A DNA stretch of 64,000 nucleotides from Babesia bigemina (lineage: Eukaryota): contig NC_027218.1 in the NCBI RefSeq assembly GCF_000981445.1, positions 2,666,001 to 2,730,000 on the forward strand, read 5' to 3'. Positions 10,168-22,539 of this stretch are shown in pieces. Below the pieces are notes generated by a model that saw nothing but the letters and a program-made list of their open reading frames with translations, was not told where the DNA came from and did not search any database. The number at the start of each line of letters is the position of its first letter. The stretch's first letter is position 1. The position numbers were made by a program, and so were the translations under genes.

Positions 10168-13100
10168 ATGCCGAGTGGCAAGGTTCCTGAATTCAAGACT
10201 CTTAAAGAGTGTTTGGAGTTCCTGCAGTGGTTGCATGATGACAAGCATATGCAATACCGGGTGACCCGTCGTCTAAAAAAGCTGCTCGAAAAGAAGTATG
10301 AAAAAATTCATGAACAGCAAATGGACGCAGCATTGTCCACTTTCCTCAGCAGAGTATCCGAATTTCATACTAAATTATGCCAAAAGACAGGGCATGGCAC
10401 ATATACGCCTGATAAAGCTAGAGATGCATTCTATGCTCTCCTGCAATGCATTCCTAAATTTCTCTCCGTGATGTACTTTATACGCTACAATGTAGACCCT
10501 AACTTTGCCGGAGTGGGAGGAGGGAGGTGGGCAGAGCAAGAAGTTGGGACGCTAGCACTGTACGCTAGAATTAATTCACAGTTGGTTGAACGGATGAAAT
10601 CTACAGCCAAGGATATTGAAAAGTATCTAATTGCAGAATCTGACGATGACTACGGTGGCATGATGCCCGGAGGATTTGGAGCTGGTGAGTTAATGCCAGA
10701 TTATCAGGGTCATTATTCGCAGGGTCTTAAAATGGCATCGGACCTCATAAAGATTTGCGAAAAAGAGAATCACCAATTATTTCGTGACGTGTTCGTAACG
10801 TCGGTGTTGTCTAAAAATTCCGGAGTTGACGTCTCGAACGTGGCCAACGCTCTTCGGATGGTACAAGATTTTTGTGGATTATTTGAAAAGGTAACGGATG
10901 GAGAAGATTTTAAAGGCCATGTACAATCTAGAAACAAATGCATTAACTGGGGCGAATTACAACGACATTGCGCCAAACTTAAAGACTCTCTCAGCAAATT
11001 GTTCACCAACAACCAATTTTCTTTCACAGGCTACGGGCGTACATATGATTTCCTTGACAAACAAAATATTGCGAAGAAGATGGCGAGTTGGCTTAAAAAA
11101 AATTTGCCCGAAATGAAAAATATTTTAGCGCAAATACAACCGTTAAACAGCAAATACAAAAAGACTGATCTTAAGCGGAAGGCCATACTAACGCGATATT
11201 ACATCGACCTTGGTGCACATCTCACCAAGTATCTGTTTCCCTATGGATTCACATTTGACGGAAGGTCCTTTAAAACGGGCACCACTCCTTATGAGGATTT
11301 GAAGACGCATTGGGATGCGGTGATCGGCGAACTCAAGAAGGATGACGGCGGCTTGGCCACACTTAAGAACATTTTAGATGGGGACCAGTGCGCAAATGGA
11401 GAAAGAAAGAAAGAGTCCAAACCTAAACTTAAGCCCGACACTGAGCCCGAGAGTGATTTGGGGTTCGAGCCTAAGGCTGAGACTGAGCCTGAGCTTGAAA
11501 ATGATATTGACTCTGACGTTGATTCTGATGAAGAATTGATGAATCAGTTGTCCGATGATGAGTCTGAAGCCACCAAAACCGAGGCCGCCAAGCCTGTTGT
11601 CACCAAAGCCGAGGCGCCGAAGCCAACTCCAACTAAACAGGAGGGAGCACAGAACCAGGGCAAGAAAGCGGAGGGTGCACAGAACCAGGGCAAGAAGGCG
11701 GAGGGTGATCAAGGAAATGGTCACAGTGTGGGAAATACTTCTAGTTCACCGGTTACACAGGCGGTACAAAGTCAGCCATCAAGTAGTTCGAGTCTAGACT
11801 CTGCGTCACCTGGTGCCCCTGGTACTAGTAGTGGTCAGGACTCGGGTGCCCAGGCGACTTCTCCACTCTCAACTCAACAAAGTAGTGGAGGGTCTCATAG
11901 AGATGACAACGCTGATGCGTCTTCTAGTCCAGGTGGCGGTGGAGCAGGAGGAAGTGGTCAGCCTCCGTCAGTTAAAAAGTGTCTCGAGCCTACTATGGCG
12001 ACATTTTTAAACATAGGGGACACTGAAAATAGCAATCAATTCTGTAACAAAGTATATAAAAAGCCCACCACCACTAACTATAAATATGATACCATCAGTG
12101 AACAACTTTGGGAGGAGTATAAGAAGCGAGAAATTTTGCAACCGTGGGAAGAAAAAATAGCAAAACGAAAACGTGAAAAAGAGGACAAGGAACGTGAAAA
12201 GGAGGAACAGCGCCAACTTCAACGTGAGGCTATGCTTCCAGAGATTGATGTAGTGCATAAGCGTCAGGAGTCTGATAAATCGGATAACGCATATATTGAG
12301 GCTCTACATAATCAAATGAGAAATGCAACACCTTCAATGCCCCTATTAATAACACTGCCTCCAAAGAACGATGTAAACAGTTACGACAATGCTGATGTGT
12401 TCGATGCTGACCAATCCGTTACTCTCAATATTGACAAGCCAGATGTGTTAGGTGGTGGGTACCCCGCTCTGTTTACTATTGAGCAGCGACCACTGGTCAA
12501 TGCTGAAGATGAAAGTTACAGTATCGATGGCCAAGTAGTTGGTGTTGACGACAGTCAACTGGCTTTTCCAGTTGACGGAGAGGAAGTGAAAGAAAAAATA
12601 GGAGATGAAGAGGGCGGGCTGGACGATGATAAAGCTGTAGTTATTGACGGTACAATGGTGTCTGATGCTGACCATGCAATATTCCGTCACGATGGGCAAA
12701 TAGTTGTGAACATTAGAGGGAACGAAGTGACGGAGAAGCGTGACAAACAGAATGAAGAAGAACGTCGATTGCAGTTGCTGCATCAAACCCATCATGATCA
12801 TGCAAAATCGTTAGATGGGCAGCCAGTTCCGGATCCCACCGATTTAATTTTGAGGCAACAGGAGGTCACAAACATGCGCAGAGCGTACAAGGAAGAAGAA
12901 AAAAGGCAGAGAATGAAGAATCAGGAACTAAAAAATGCTCGATGCAGCTGAAAAAGATATTAACATTCCAATACAGATGCCTAGAAATACATTTGTTGTT
13001 CCCCTCGTAGAGTTAAATGGAGATGCGCCTGCTTTTGTGAACGAAGTGGAAGGCATCATCCTGGCAAACTCTTCAAAATCCGATGCCAACGTCCCTATAT

Positions 13101-14284
13101 CTCAAAAGATAAATTACCCAGTTCCACAATCAATGTTTGGCGGATCCCCCGTCCCAGACGCCGAATTGCCATCCTCGCCGATTCCTAGAGATACATTCCT
13201 CACGGAGCCACAACCAACCAGGGAATTCCAAATAGAATTCCCAAAACGCACTGTACGCAAAATTGAACCCGAGATCGGTCTTTCCATAGAGGTACCGCCG
13301 CATGAAGATCGCACTTTTAACGACGTGGACCTAGATGACCCTTATGCCAACACGGCCGATATCATTAAAGACGAGTTAAGACCTGCAGAGGATAAAGGCT
13401 TCTCAGGCTTGCCTAACACCAATTTCGATCTGGACTTTGGGCCAGAACGTATCGGACTTGAAGGCTATGATGATCCCGGGATGCCGCGTGACTCTCCAAG
13501 GAAGGCAGATGAACGTGTAATTAACCCATTTAGCACAAATGAATGCCAAAACCCTTGGTCTGTTGACACTTCCTCCACCGATACACCCCCTCCCCCAGCC
13601 ACCGACCATCTGCCTCCTCCCAAAACAGTCCGGGAAATGCTCTATTGGTTTGTTGGATTAAATACATATGGATTCATTGGGATGATTACTGAGTATGTTG
13701 AGTGCCTTTTAAAGAATGCTAACAAGAATGCCTTTGATATGCAAGATGCCCTCGAGGTCACTGGGGGTCCCATCACCCTGACCGCCTCCATGGTCACCAC
13801 CAAACTGACCGAGGCGTGCCTCTACTCGGCTGTCGTAATCTACAAGATTACCCATAACAATGACTTCGAAGCCTTTGCTACCTTCGGCTTTGAATCAGTA
13901 TATAGTAAGTTCCGTTACTCCCCCGACCCCGCCTGTCTCCTCTGCCAGCTGCGTGACTACGCGTACGCCTGCTGCCACCAGTTGGCGTTCCTGAAGGCGC
14001 AATGTAATCGGGACAAACTAAGTGGTGGGTGGCAAGATTGTAAGTACGGCAGTGACATCAAGACACCCTCCCCCCTCCAGGCGTTCCTGACTGACGACTG
14101 GGACTCCACCTTCAAGACGCACCCCTTCGACCCGTGCAACCTGTGCCTCAAGAGCAGGGTCAGGATGGGATTTAAGAAAGAGGATTTGCCTAAGGAATCA
14201 CAACTGGGCAGTACCCTTTCCACCATCCTCACTCCCAGCTGCGGCGGAGAGGAGTATGATGCGCTGCACGGCACGAAATGGTAA
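10168..14284 (+). pseudogene. Large VESA1-like variant antigen gene, frameshifted and 3'-truncated
   Basis: N-terminal TLKECLEFLQWL; PKTVREMLYW, ACLLCQLRDY, FLKAQCNRD..GGWQDCKYG and SPLQAFLTD motifs; extra A in the A-run near 12930-12935 splits 10168-12951 from 12935-14284; ends at SCGGEE with no TM. Confidence 0.8.
11644..11706 (+). repeat. 30-bp tandem repeat encoding GAQNQGKKAE (x2)
   Basis: GG(A/T)GCACAGAACCAGGGCAAGAA(A/G)GCGGAG; three copies in the paralogue at ~63064-63156. Confidence 0.9.
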
Positions 14285-14544
14285 GTATTGCAATACTTGG
14301 TTGTGGATCATAATATGCGTAGTACGGCAGTGGTGTTTACGCGTGTTAGAGTATGATCTGCACTATCATGGTACCCAGCAAGAACGACGAAGCTGCAATT
14401 ACCGCATCGCAATACCACTGGTTATACAACAGGCTTTATGTAACTACATGTGGAACAAATGTGTCAGCTATTGGAAGTCATCACATTGACATCAGAGGTT
14501 ACCTGGCTACAGTAGGGCTATGTGGAATAGGTGATGCTATAATA

Positions 14545-14721
14545 TTACTGGAGTTTAGGCTTGGTATCACGGAATCCATCACGTATTTGGCCGAATATTT
14601 CGCCAAGGCTTACGTTATAAACTTTACCCATGATGTAAAGGACCAAGACAGCGAGGGCCGAAAAAGCGATGATGCCAGCAAGAGCGTAGCCTATGCCCTC
14701 CCCCGCCTGTTTCCAACTCAT
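14545..14721 (-). CDS. 58-aa single-TM micropeptide, paralogue of 15610-15873 lacking the Cys domain
   Basis: MSWKQAGEGIGYALAGIIAFSALAVLVLYIMGKVYNVSLGEIFGQIRDGFRDTKPKLQ aligns to the TM and tail of the neighbour. Confidence 0.6.
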   Translation of the reverse strand: MSWKQAGEGIGYALAGIIAFSALAVLVLYIMGKVYNVSLGEIFGQIRDGFRDTKPKLQ

Positions 14722-15609
14722 TTTTGCTAGAGATAACCTGACAACAAACCCTGCACAGCACTGAACAACGAACCTCACCACTCTACCACTTGCAGCAACT
14801 GACGATACACAATGCCCATACTCCACCCCTACCTTGCCATCCAACCCGTGCTGGGGTAATTGTCATGCCCAATCATCTAACTCTGATGCACCATGGCTAT
14901 CCAATATCACAGCATGTGGTAAGGCAATTTATTATTATTATTATTGTGTTCTCTCATCTTATAGTGGCTACGTGCCTTGGGCCGGTTTTCGTGTTTGCGG
15001 GGCTAACGCCTCACGCTGAAACCGGTTGCGGGTTTTACTCCGTTCCGTTGCCGGTCGTCACTGGTGCCATCAATGCGGGCATCCATCCAGTTTGGGCTTG
15101 AGGGTATTCTACGGAATCGTAGTCTTCTTTCGGCTTCATGTCCCTCATCACTATTTTATGTGTTTCTCGGATCACTACCTGTTGGATGTGAATAATGTTA
15201 TGCATTGCGCATTATACGTGGGATTACCGGATTCCGCATACTTCGTTAATGCTGCGTGTTCTCTTACTGAGTCCGTCCACGGAGACACTATATTTTTGCC
15301 TTGCTCGACAGCTCCACGTATAATATCCCCCCTGCCCCGTTGTGATACAGCACTACTAGAATGCATTAGGTGCGTATTAACAACTGAGCCGCAGTGCAAG
15401 AGGTGAAAAGCGTACTTGGCACTGGGCCCCCAACATCCGTGAACTATGGGGTTACACTGGAGTAGCAACACTATCACTGACCTTAAATGCTTATAATCTG
15501 TGTTGCGTTACTGTGTGAGCACCAGGCACTGTTATTGCAACTGACTTCGTAATATAAACCACCAATATTTGCATCAGATGTCACATGGCTACAGTAAGGC
15601 TATGAGATA

Positions 15610-15873
15610 TCAGTGGAGTGAGGGCTTGGTTCCAGCGAAGGCATCGTATAATTGGTCCAAAACTGTCATGAGGCTTTGTTTGTGGACTTTAGCGCAGACG
15701 TAAAGCACCAAGAAAACGAGGGCTACTAACCCGATAATACCGGCTAAAGTTGCGCCAAAGGCAATCCCTCCCATTTTGACACAACACTTACATGTACAAA
15801 ACCAATTTTTACAATTACACTTCGATATATCTGTACAATGCTTAAGGCCTCCACATTCACACTTGCCATCCAT
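15610..15873 (-). CDS. Small Cys-rich single-TM protein (87 aa)
   Basis: MDGKCECGG...CNC..FCTCKCC then TM LAGIIGLVALVFLVLYVC and tail TKPSLH. Confidence 0.7.
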   Translation of the reverse strand: MDGKCECGGLKHCTDISKCNCKNWFCTCKCCVKMGGIAFGATLAGIIGLVALVFLVLYVCAKVHKQSLMTVLDQLYDAFAGTKPSLH

Positions 15874-17347
15874 CTTTCCTAAACATCACTCGACAATAAA
15901 CTCTGCACAGCAATGAACAACGCACCTCAAGCCTAAAACACTTTTGGCAAACTGATGATATACAATGGAATTATCCTTTCCCCTACCATGCCATCTACTT
16001 TGTGCTGGGGCAATCATGTTCCAACATCTCCCGACGCTGACATGTTATGTATATCCAATATCACAGCATGTGGTAAGGCGCATGTTAATAATCAAGTGAC
16101 ACTTCCATCCCAGCAGCCCAGCGTCTCCCATCGAGATTGAATAGCGAAGACTCATCTATCCGCAACGTATTTACAAAGTTTTACAATTTCAATTATTAGC
16201 CTTTATGAGTGGTTGCAACGCAACCTCCACTCCATGCCGGAGCAGTTAAGACTTCATGATTGCCATACATAATTCACGGAGCTGTGTTTCAACTTGAAAG
16301 TGCCGTTAATATGCGTCGCTACGCTCTGCATACCGGCTCTACGCCAATACGTCCAGCTGCATTTATGCCCTCCAGACAGGGGCGCCTTCTAACTGTTGAG
16401 GGGTGAGAGGCATGTCGCTTCTCCCCAGTTTACCCTGCTCCACCTTCCCTCCTCCTACGATCGTCACGGCATCGGTAGTTGCATCCAGCATAGCTCTAAT
16501 TCCCCATTCTGCCTTGAGGCCGGGCACCTCCAGTCCCGTCTTGCCGGCTCCTGGTACGCTTGTCCCCAAGTCCATAGCTTGTCCTCGCCCCTCTACGTCG
16601 CGACTGGATTTCTTCTCCATGGTCACCTGTGCCCATTAGGCGAGCTTCACTCCGTGTTACGTCATGGTGAATCTCACTACCCAGCCTAGTGAATTCATCG
16701 TTCCTCGGTCTTGACTGGGTACGCCCTGTTGTCCGGCCTCACCGCTTTCTTTCCGTGCATAAGGCTATATGTACTTCTTCAGGGGCATATAAAATAGTTG
16801 TTGCTTTCAACACATAGATATTGAAATTGCGTTTACGTTTTTTCCTGCGTGGTATTCTATGTTGACCCTAACTTAGTTGACCTATCCATCCACCTGAGGC
16901 CAACTTGCCATGTTCACATGGCTCTGTACCAAGCCACACGATGCATAACAACACAGCATTGTTGGACATCTAATATGCTTTATTTACGTAACTTGAGGCA
17001 CAGAATAAGGCGCAAATGTTACATACATTGCCGGCACCGAAACGCGTAGGCTGTCATGAGTGCCGCCCTCGAAAGAGAGGCTAGCAAGGCGAAATTTACT
17101 ACCTCAGGCACGCCGCTTTGGATTTTACATGTCTCACGCAACCGGCGTCAGTGAGGATAAGAAGGCAATAAAATAGCATTACCGTGTGTTGCTACTACGT
17201 TTATGTGCCGTAACTATAGCGTTGTGATAAATGATGGCAGTTAAAGCGTGAACAATAACAGCCGCCGCGATATTGAAGCTTTACGCATTCTACACGAGTC
17301 TAGAGTATCACTTTTGAAGGGGAGGCTGGGTAGCGATGAATGTTCAT

Positions 17348-18130
17348 CTAGTCGGGAATTCTATCACCAACGAGATTACTTAGGGATCTGCCCGTGTGCC
17401 TGGGCGAGCTGGAGAGAGCGGCGCGTATTCTAATCATCATCCCGCGGACTTTTTTTGGAAACAAGGCCCACAAGATAAGCAAGAACGCTAAAATGATCGC
17501 GACGACGATTATAATACGCATCCGTATCCTGCATTGATCTTGGGAACATAGTTTGCCGCAATTTGTGCATTTGAAGCGGCATTTGCCGATGCCGAAGTAG
17601 ATTGGATTGCATCTGCTGAAGTCGCATTGGCTTCTGTCCCGGTGTTCCGCACAGTGGTATTTGCCCATGTTAACTGTTCCCCCGCACGCACCCCTTTCTT
17701 GGTGTGCGCATTTCTCGCTGTGTTGGTCATCACGGTCACACGTTCCACTACATTTGCTATTAGGGTTACACGTCTTACAGCACTGACAATTCACGCCATT
17801 GCAACCGCAGTTGCAAAGGTAGCATTTACATCTGCCACCTTTTTTTACATTTTTGCATTTTGTCAGGCAATTCTTACACTTATCTGTGTTGATCTCATGG
17901 CACGCCTTTGTGCCCTTTTTAACTTCTGGGTCTTTCTGGCATCCGCAGTCGCAAAGGTTGCATTTACACCCATTTTGCTCTTCGCATTGCAACGCTTTGC
18001 ATCCAGGACAGTCGGCCATACAACACACATAGCAATCTACACAATTCCTTTCATCACAAGGCCCCTCTTTGTGCCCATTTTCCAATTTTGAATCACATCC
18101 ACACTTGTTCGTTCCCTTCCCCTCCGCCAT
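17348..18130 (-). CDS. Cys/Lys-rich single-TM protein (260 aa)
   Basis: About 40 Cys in the first ~200 aa; repeated CKCxLCxCGC; TM IIIVVAIILAFLLILWALF; no signal peptide. Confidence 0.8.
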   Translation of the reverse strand: MAEGKGTNKCGCDSKLENGHKEGPCDERNCVDCYVCCMADCPGCKALQCEEQNGCKCNLCDCGCQKDPEVKKGTKACHEINTDKCKNCLTKCKNVKKGGRCKCYLCNCGCNGVNCQCCKTCNPNSKCSGTCDRDDQHSEKCAHQERGACGGTVNMGKYHCAEHRDRSQCDFSRCNPIYFGIGKCRFKCTNCGKLCSQDQCRIRMRIIIVVAIILAFLLILWALFPKKVRGMMIRIRAALSSSPRHTGRSLSNLVGDRIPD

Positions 18131-20482
18131 CCTCCCCTGCCTTCATTCACACGCCATCCAGGGCAACAGAGTATACATTTTAAGGCTCTACCATATTTTG
18201 AAAATCAGAGTCATACAGCGCTTACGTTTACACATGCGATGCTCTGTGCATCCAACTGCGCACGCGAACTTGAACCGCAATACCAGAGCAGTGAAACCTT
18301 GAGCATCCGTACCACTACATGCGTAGACGAGGCAAGTCGTCCAGATAATGATTAAAACGTCATATTTGACTGTTGCTCAATGACGCAGATGCCGATTCAG
18401 CCATATAACGCCGCCTTACCTCTGCCTCCGCTGTGGGACGACCGTTGCAGCATGTGGCAACGCGTATAATTGTATCGACTGTTGAGTTCATTAAGTTTGC
18501 TGCCAGATATTGATATTTATTGCAAACGTAACTGCACAGTCCCACAAATTCCATACAAATGCTTCTTGTACTCCAAACGTGTGAAATCATGCTCAGCGTT
18601 CGTATGCGCCAATTCAGCGTCTGCTCTGAATGATGGCACTCCAAACCTCTGCTTGATCCGCTGTGCTTACATAAATTCGAAGGGTGCGATTATCCACAAT
18701 GGGTGTTACATATACATCGGTTGATTGACCCTTGCTCACCCGCTTCATAATAACCCTTCGTCTCCCTCATCAGTACCTTGGCCGTTAACACTAGCAAATA
18801 CGATGAATATGGCGACACAGTTACAATGTTATACCCACACCGTCGATATTAAAGGCCACCATGTTCTAGCAACTCTACTTGACACGTACCGAATGAGGGA
18901 TGCAGATGAAAGGGTACCTTGTTTGCATAATTCCTCACAACATGTGGCAGTTCCTTTACGCCCATTTACATTGCAATGCGTATCGTGAATCTTTGGCGTC
19001 GTCTAATTATACCCTGCCATTTAAGCCACATATCTCATCTTCAACCGGCATCCCTTTACGGTAGGGATGTCAACACATTTAACCAACGGCATAACCATAA
19101 GCCCGCCTAATTTAGTCTTAAAACATCTACCGCAGCTGCCATATCTAAGACAGACGTCGCAATTATCTAAAATAGCATCATGCTTACTATCAGTGCGATG
19201 GTGAGTAAGCTGTCTACACGTCAACCTTTGCTGTGGTTATATAAATTGCGAAGGATATGGCACAATCAACATCAAATTCAATGTAATCATTGTTCGCAGA
19301 CAATAATTTTTGCATAACAGTTGTGTCCAATTGAATCTGGTCATCAGTTGGGTCGAACACGCCCAGAGATCGGCGCTTGCTCAACGATGGGGGATTTCAC
19401 AACGTACGACATAAGGCGAAATTGTTTAGAAACTCACTGATTTGTAGTAATGTAACTACGTTACAATCCGATGCGACGAGTCGTCGTCAAAATCTTTAGT
19501 ATATTTCAATTCATGCTTTGTCGCCATTACAGTTGCGGGGAACGTGTCGGAGTAGGCTTAAAGATACGCTGATTGGTTGAATACAGTGACCATCAGTGGG
19601 ATTATGATGTGCGAACTCGCCAATCGGTGACATTTTTGTAAACACGTGACAAAATGCGCTGCTCTCTACCACCGCATACAGGTTTTTACGGGGATTGGTT
19701 ATGCGTCTCTAAAAAATAATCGCTGAAGACATTCCTTATACCTAACTATATTTTATTGCCAAATGCTCTCCAAAGATCTGCTGTTTTATTGATCATCCGG
19801 TCTGTGCTGGTTGAAAGACGTAGAAGTTGGTGATGTGAGCTAACACTCCGCTTACGAATGAATATAAGATAAAAACCCGCAATGTATAGGCAGACGGATT
19901 GCAGCAATGCGTATACCAACAGTATAGCGTTATACAGATGTCGCTATTGGGACAATGGTGTTGGGGCAACCTTTGTGATGTAAACAGTCAACGAGGTAAT
20001 TAGTATTTTAAGTTCTAAAAATACAGGGGTGGTGGTAACGTATAAATGACCGCGGTTCACTATTAGTACGAACCTGTTTGCCCTCATCATTATTTTTTCC
20101 ACTAACGATTTGGTGTTGGCTAAATTACCAAATCATTGATACCTAGAGCGCACAATAGGATACCGCTGGGTATGACGGAACAGGCTACAATTCGTAATCA
20201 TAATTGGAAATACAACGGAAACGACTATAGTGTGAACTGGGCAACGTTCGCATGCAGTGGGTAATGTAGAGTCTCGTGGATCTATGCTAAATACGTTGCC
20301 CTGCATCTTAAACACAAGATGCATGGAAAGTTTTTCGATTCCGTTCGATTAAAGATGGCCAACACAGGCAGAAAATACGTTGCCTGTTGACCATGCTACT
20401 GTAGCTACGATATCACTACCCCAATTGCTCTCACCGCCTGCGTAGGTTAAGAATTGTACAGGATTTTTAAAGTGAGGCAACG

Positions 20483-20995
20483 ATGGGGGAGCGGTGTGAA
20501 TGCGGGCAAAATAAGTGTTCTAATGGCAGCGGCAGTTGTTGCGGCGGTAAAGGCTGTACAAAAGGAGATAAATGTAACTGTTGTTTTTGTTCATGTGGGT
20601 CTAAATGTGATGAAACAAATTGTGAGTGCTGCTCCTGGTGTTGTTAAGCACATGATACTTGCTCACAATGTACAAAACATAAAGCAAAAAAGACACACTA
20701 TTATAAGGATTCTGCGAGGTGTAGAAATTTGTTCGCCTGTCGGTGCCATTGGTGTATAGTTCGCTTATGTGTATTATTTGGCACTCTTGCATTCTTAGTC
20801 CTCTTAGCCGTAGTGTTCTACCAATATCCCGACAAAGCCCGGAGTTTGAGAATAGGAATAATGACCGCATTTAGTAATGACTCACAGCCGTCCGCCTCAT
20901 ACTTAACTGCTGCATCTAGAAACCCCTATGCTGATTCGGTTGACAAAATTCGAGACCATGTTAGGCTTTCTGACACTGGCAAGCTGTTGCACTGA
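20483..20995 (+). pseudogene. Cys-rich single-TM gene with one in-frame TAA (20645-20647)
   Basis: MGERCECGQNKC...CECCSWCC*AHDTCSQC...CRCHWC-IVRLCVLFGTLAFLVLLAVVFY; same frame on both sides of the stop. Confidence 0.7.
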
Positions 20996-21780
20996 TTGGG
21001 ATGACATAGGCAGACTAAACTGATCTATTAGCGCTCAAAATAGGACATTTATTTAAACCTTAAATACCGTAACTAAACACATGAACACAGCGTCATTCTG
21101 GCAGACGTCGTAGTAATAAATACGTTAACGCACTGTATTACGCAACGTGCCTTTTTATAGGCTGATATCGTCAATTTATTGCGAGGCAGGCGAATCAACG
21201 TCGTAATGTGCAGCTTTTATCAGTCGTTAAGCACTCGAAACAAATGTTGCTGTAACCAGTTAAAACATAAATACGTATGTTTATTGCATGAGACATTGCA
21301 AACGCGCCTGAACTCGTCACCCTGCCATTGCTGTGTCGATAGCAAGCAGGTCCCGCGAGAGCCCATAGGCACTGCAACATACTATCGACAATCTGCCGTA
21401 ATAATCAAAGGATACACGTCTACCCTGTTACATATTGTTCTATCGCATTTATTATTCGAGTGTGCCATTGCTCTCTGGAATGTGTATAGACAATGGCTCG
21501 CGCTCAGCTCACTGCATGTCACGTTAATTGGGTATACGTGGCTGCGATGCGGCATCATGAGCATCTTTCCGCCTTCGATATTTCGCTGTTTGGTGTGTAT
21601 GCGGGTTTGTAGAGTGTTGTAAAGCACAATGGTAGTAGAAGGCAACGGCACTTGCGTCGTGCTGCCCAGCCATTGAGATACAGGTGCTCATATACGAGGC
21701 CTGTTTTGTATACTAACCTGCAAATATACGAACAACTCCCGCGTTTATAGAAGTCGGCTACTTTGGGGAATCTATACAAA

Positions 21781-22539
21781 ATGGTGTACAATTCGTTGGC
21801 CGCGGCACCTCGCAACCTCAAGGAGTGCATTGACTGGCTGATAGCCGTCAAGGGATCGTCTAGGTTCAACACGCAGGTTTTAGGTTATGCACTGTACAAT
21901 TTCCTTGTGGACAAGCCCGTTGGGTTGACGCTTGTACCATCCCTGGAGAAAGTGAAACGTCATTCTAAAGAGTTCCTGCAGAACAGAGACTTTCAGAATG
22001 TATATTATTCAGAAGACCTACTGGGTAGATTCTTGGAACCTATGAATAAAACCGACGGTATAAATTTGAAGCGCTTTGCTGCAACCCACCAAAGCGATTA
22101 TGAGAACGTCGTCAGGACCGGGGGCTTAAAACCTAATCACATGGCCGCGAGGGTAGATCTCCTTGCGTATAGTTGTGCGGGTTTATTGAAAAGTATTACA
22201 AACCCTGCTCGGTATGAGTCTGCTTACAGTTCAGAAGCGACGTGGGAAGCATCATGCTCTAAAAATCCGGAGGCTTGCGCAGTAATCCTCGTGGGGATCG
22301 CTCCGATGCTATATGCCGGCCTACACGCTTTGTCCATAGGTAGCGATGTGAAGTCCGCTGGAACATCAACGCATGCTGAGGTTAAGCGTATGGGCAAGGT
22401 AATGAAGGCGATGGGCTTCGATGAGTCGGAATGCCGCGATGGCCTAACTCGTTCAAAAGCCCGCCAGGCGGTGAGATGTATGCATAACGACCTATTGAAT
22501 ATAATATACGACATCGCCGGATTTTGGGCATTCTATTGA
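21781..22539 (+). CDS. Short VESA-like (ves2-type) protein without TM
   Basis: MVYNSLAAAPRNLKECIDWLIAVKG start; YESAYSSEATW, CAVILVGIAPMLYAGL, KAMGF motifs; C-terminal YDIAGFWAFY. Confidence 0.85.
   Translation: MVYNSLAAAPRNLKECIDWLIAVKGSSRFNTQVLGYALYNFLVDKPVGLTLVPSLEKVKRHSKEFLQNRDFQNVYYSEDLLGRFLEPMNKTDGINLKRFAATHQSDYENVVRTGGLKPNHMAARVDLLAYSCAGLLKSITNPARYESAYSSEATWEASCSKNPEACAVILVGIAPMLYAGLHALSIGSDVKSAGTSTHAEVKRMGKVMKAMGFDESECRDGLTRSKARQAVRCMHNDLLNIIYDIAGFWAFY

Larger units (their letters stand above)
14490..16079. repeat. Diverged tandem duplication (~14490-14925 and ~15572-16079), each unit carrying a small TM gene and its flanks
   Basis: Shared CATCAGA..GGCTACAGTA.GGCTATG, CTGCACAGCA.TGAACAACG.ACCTCA, and an identical 28-mer TATCCAATATCACAGCATGTGGTAAGGC (14898-14925 and 16052-16079). 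Confidence 0.9.

Noticed and set aside
14928..14945. (TTA)n microsatellite, and poly-C at 8652-8660
   Set aside because: Short simple repeats with no supporting context
16363..16790. GC-rich ORF-like stretch on the minus strand
   Set aside because: Stops in all frames and no recognisable motif; at best a decayed relic
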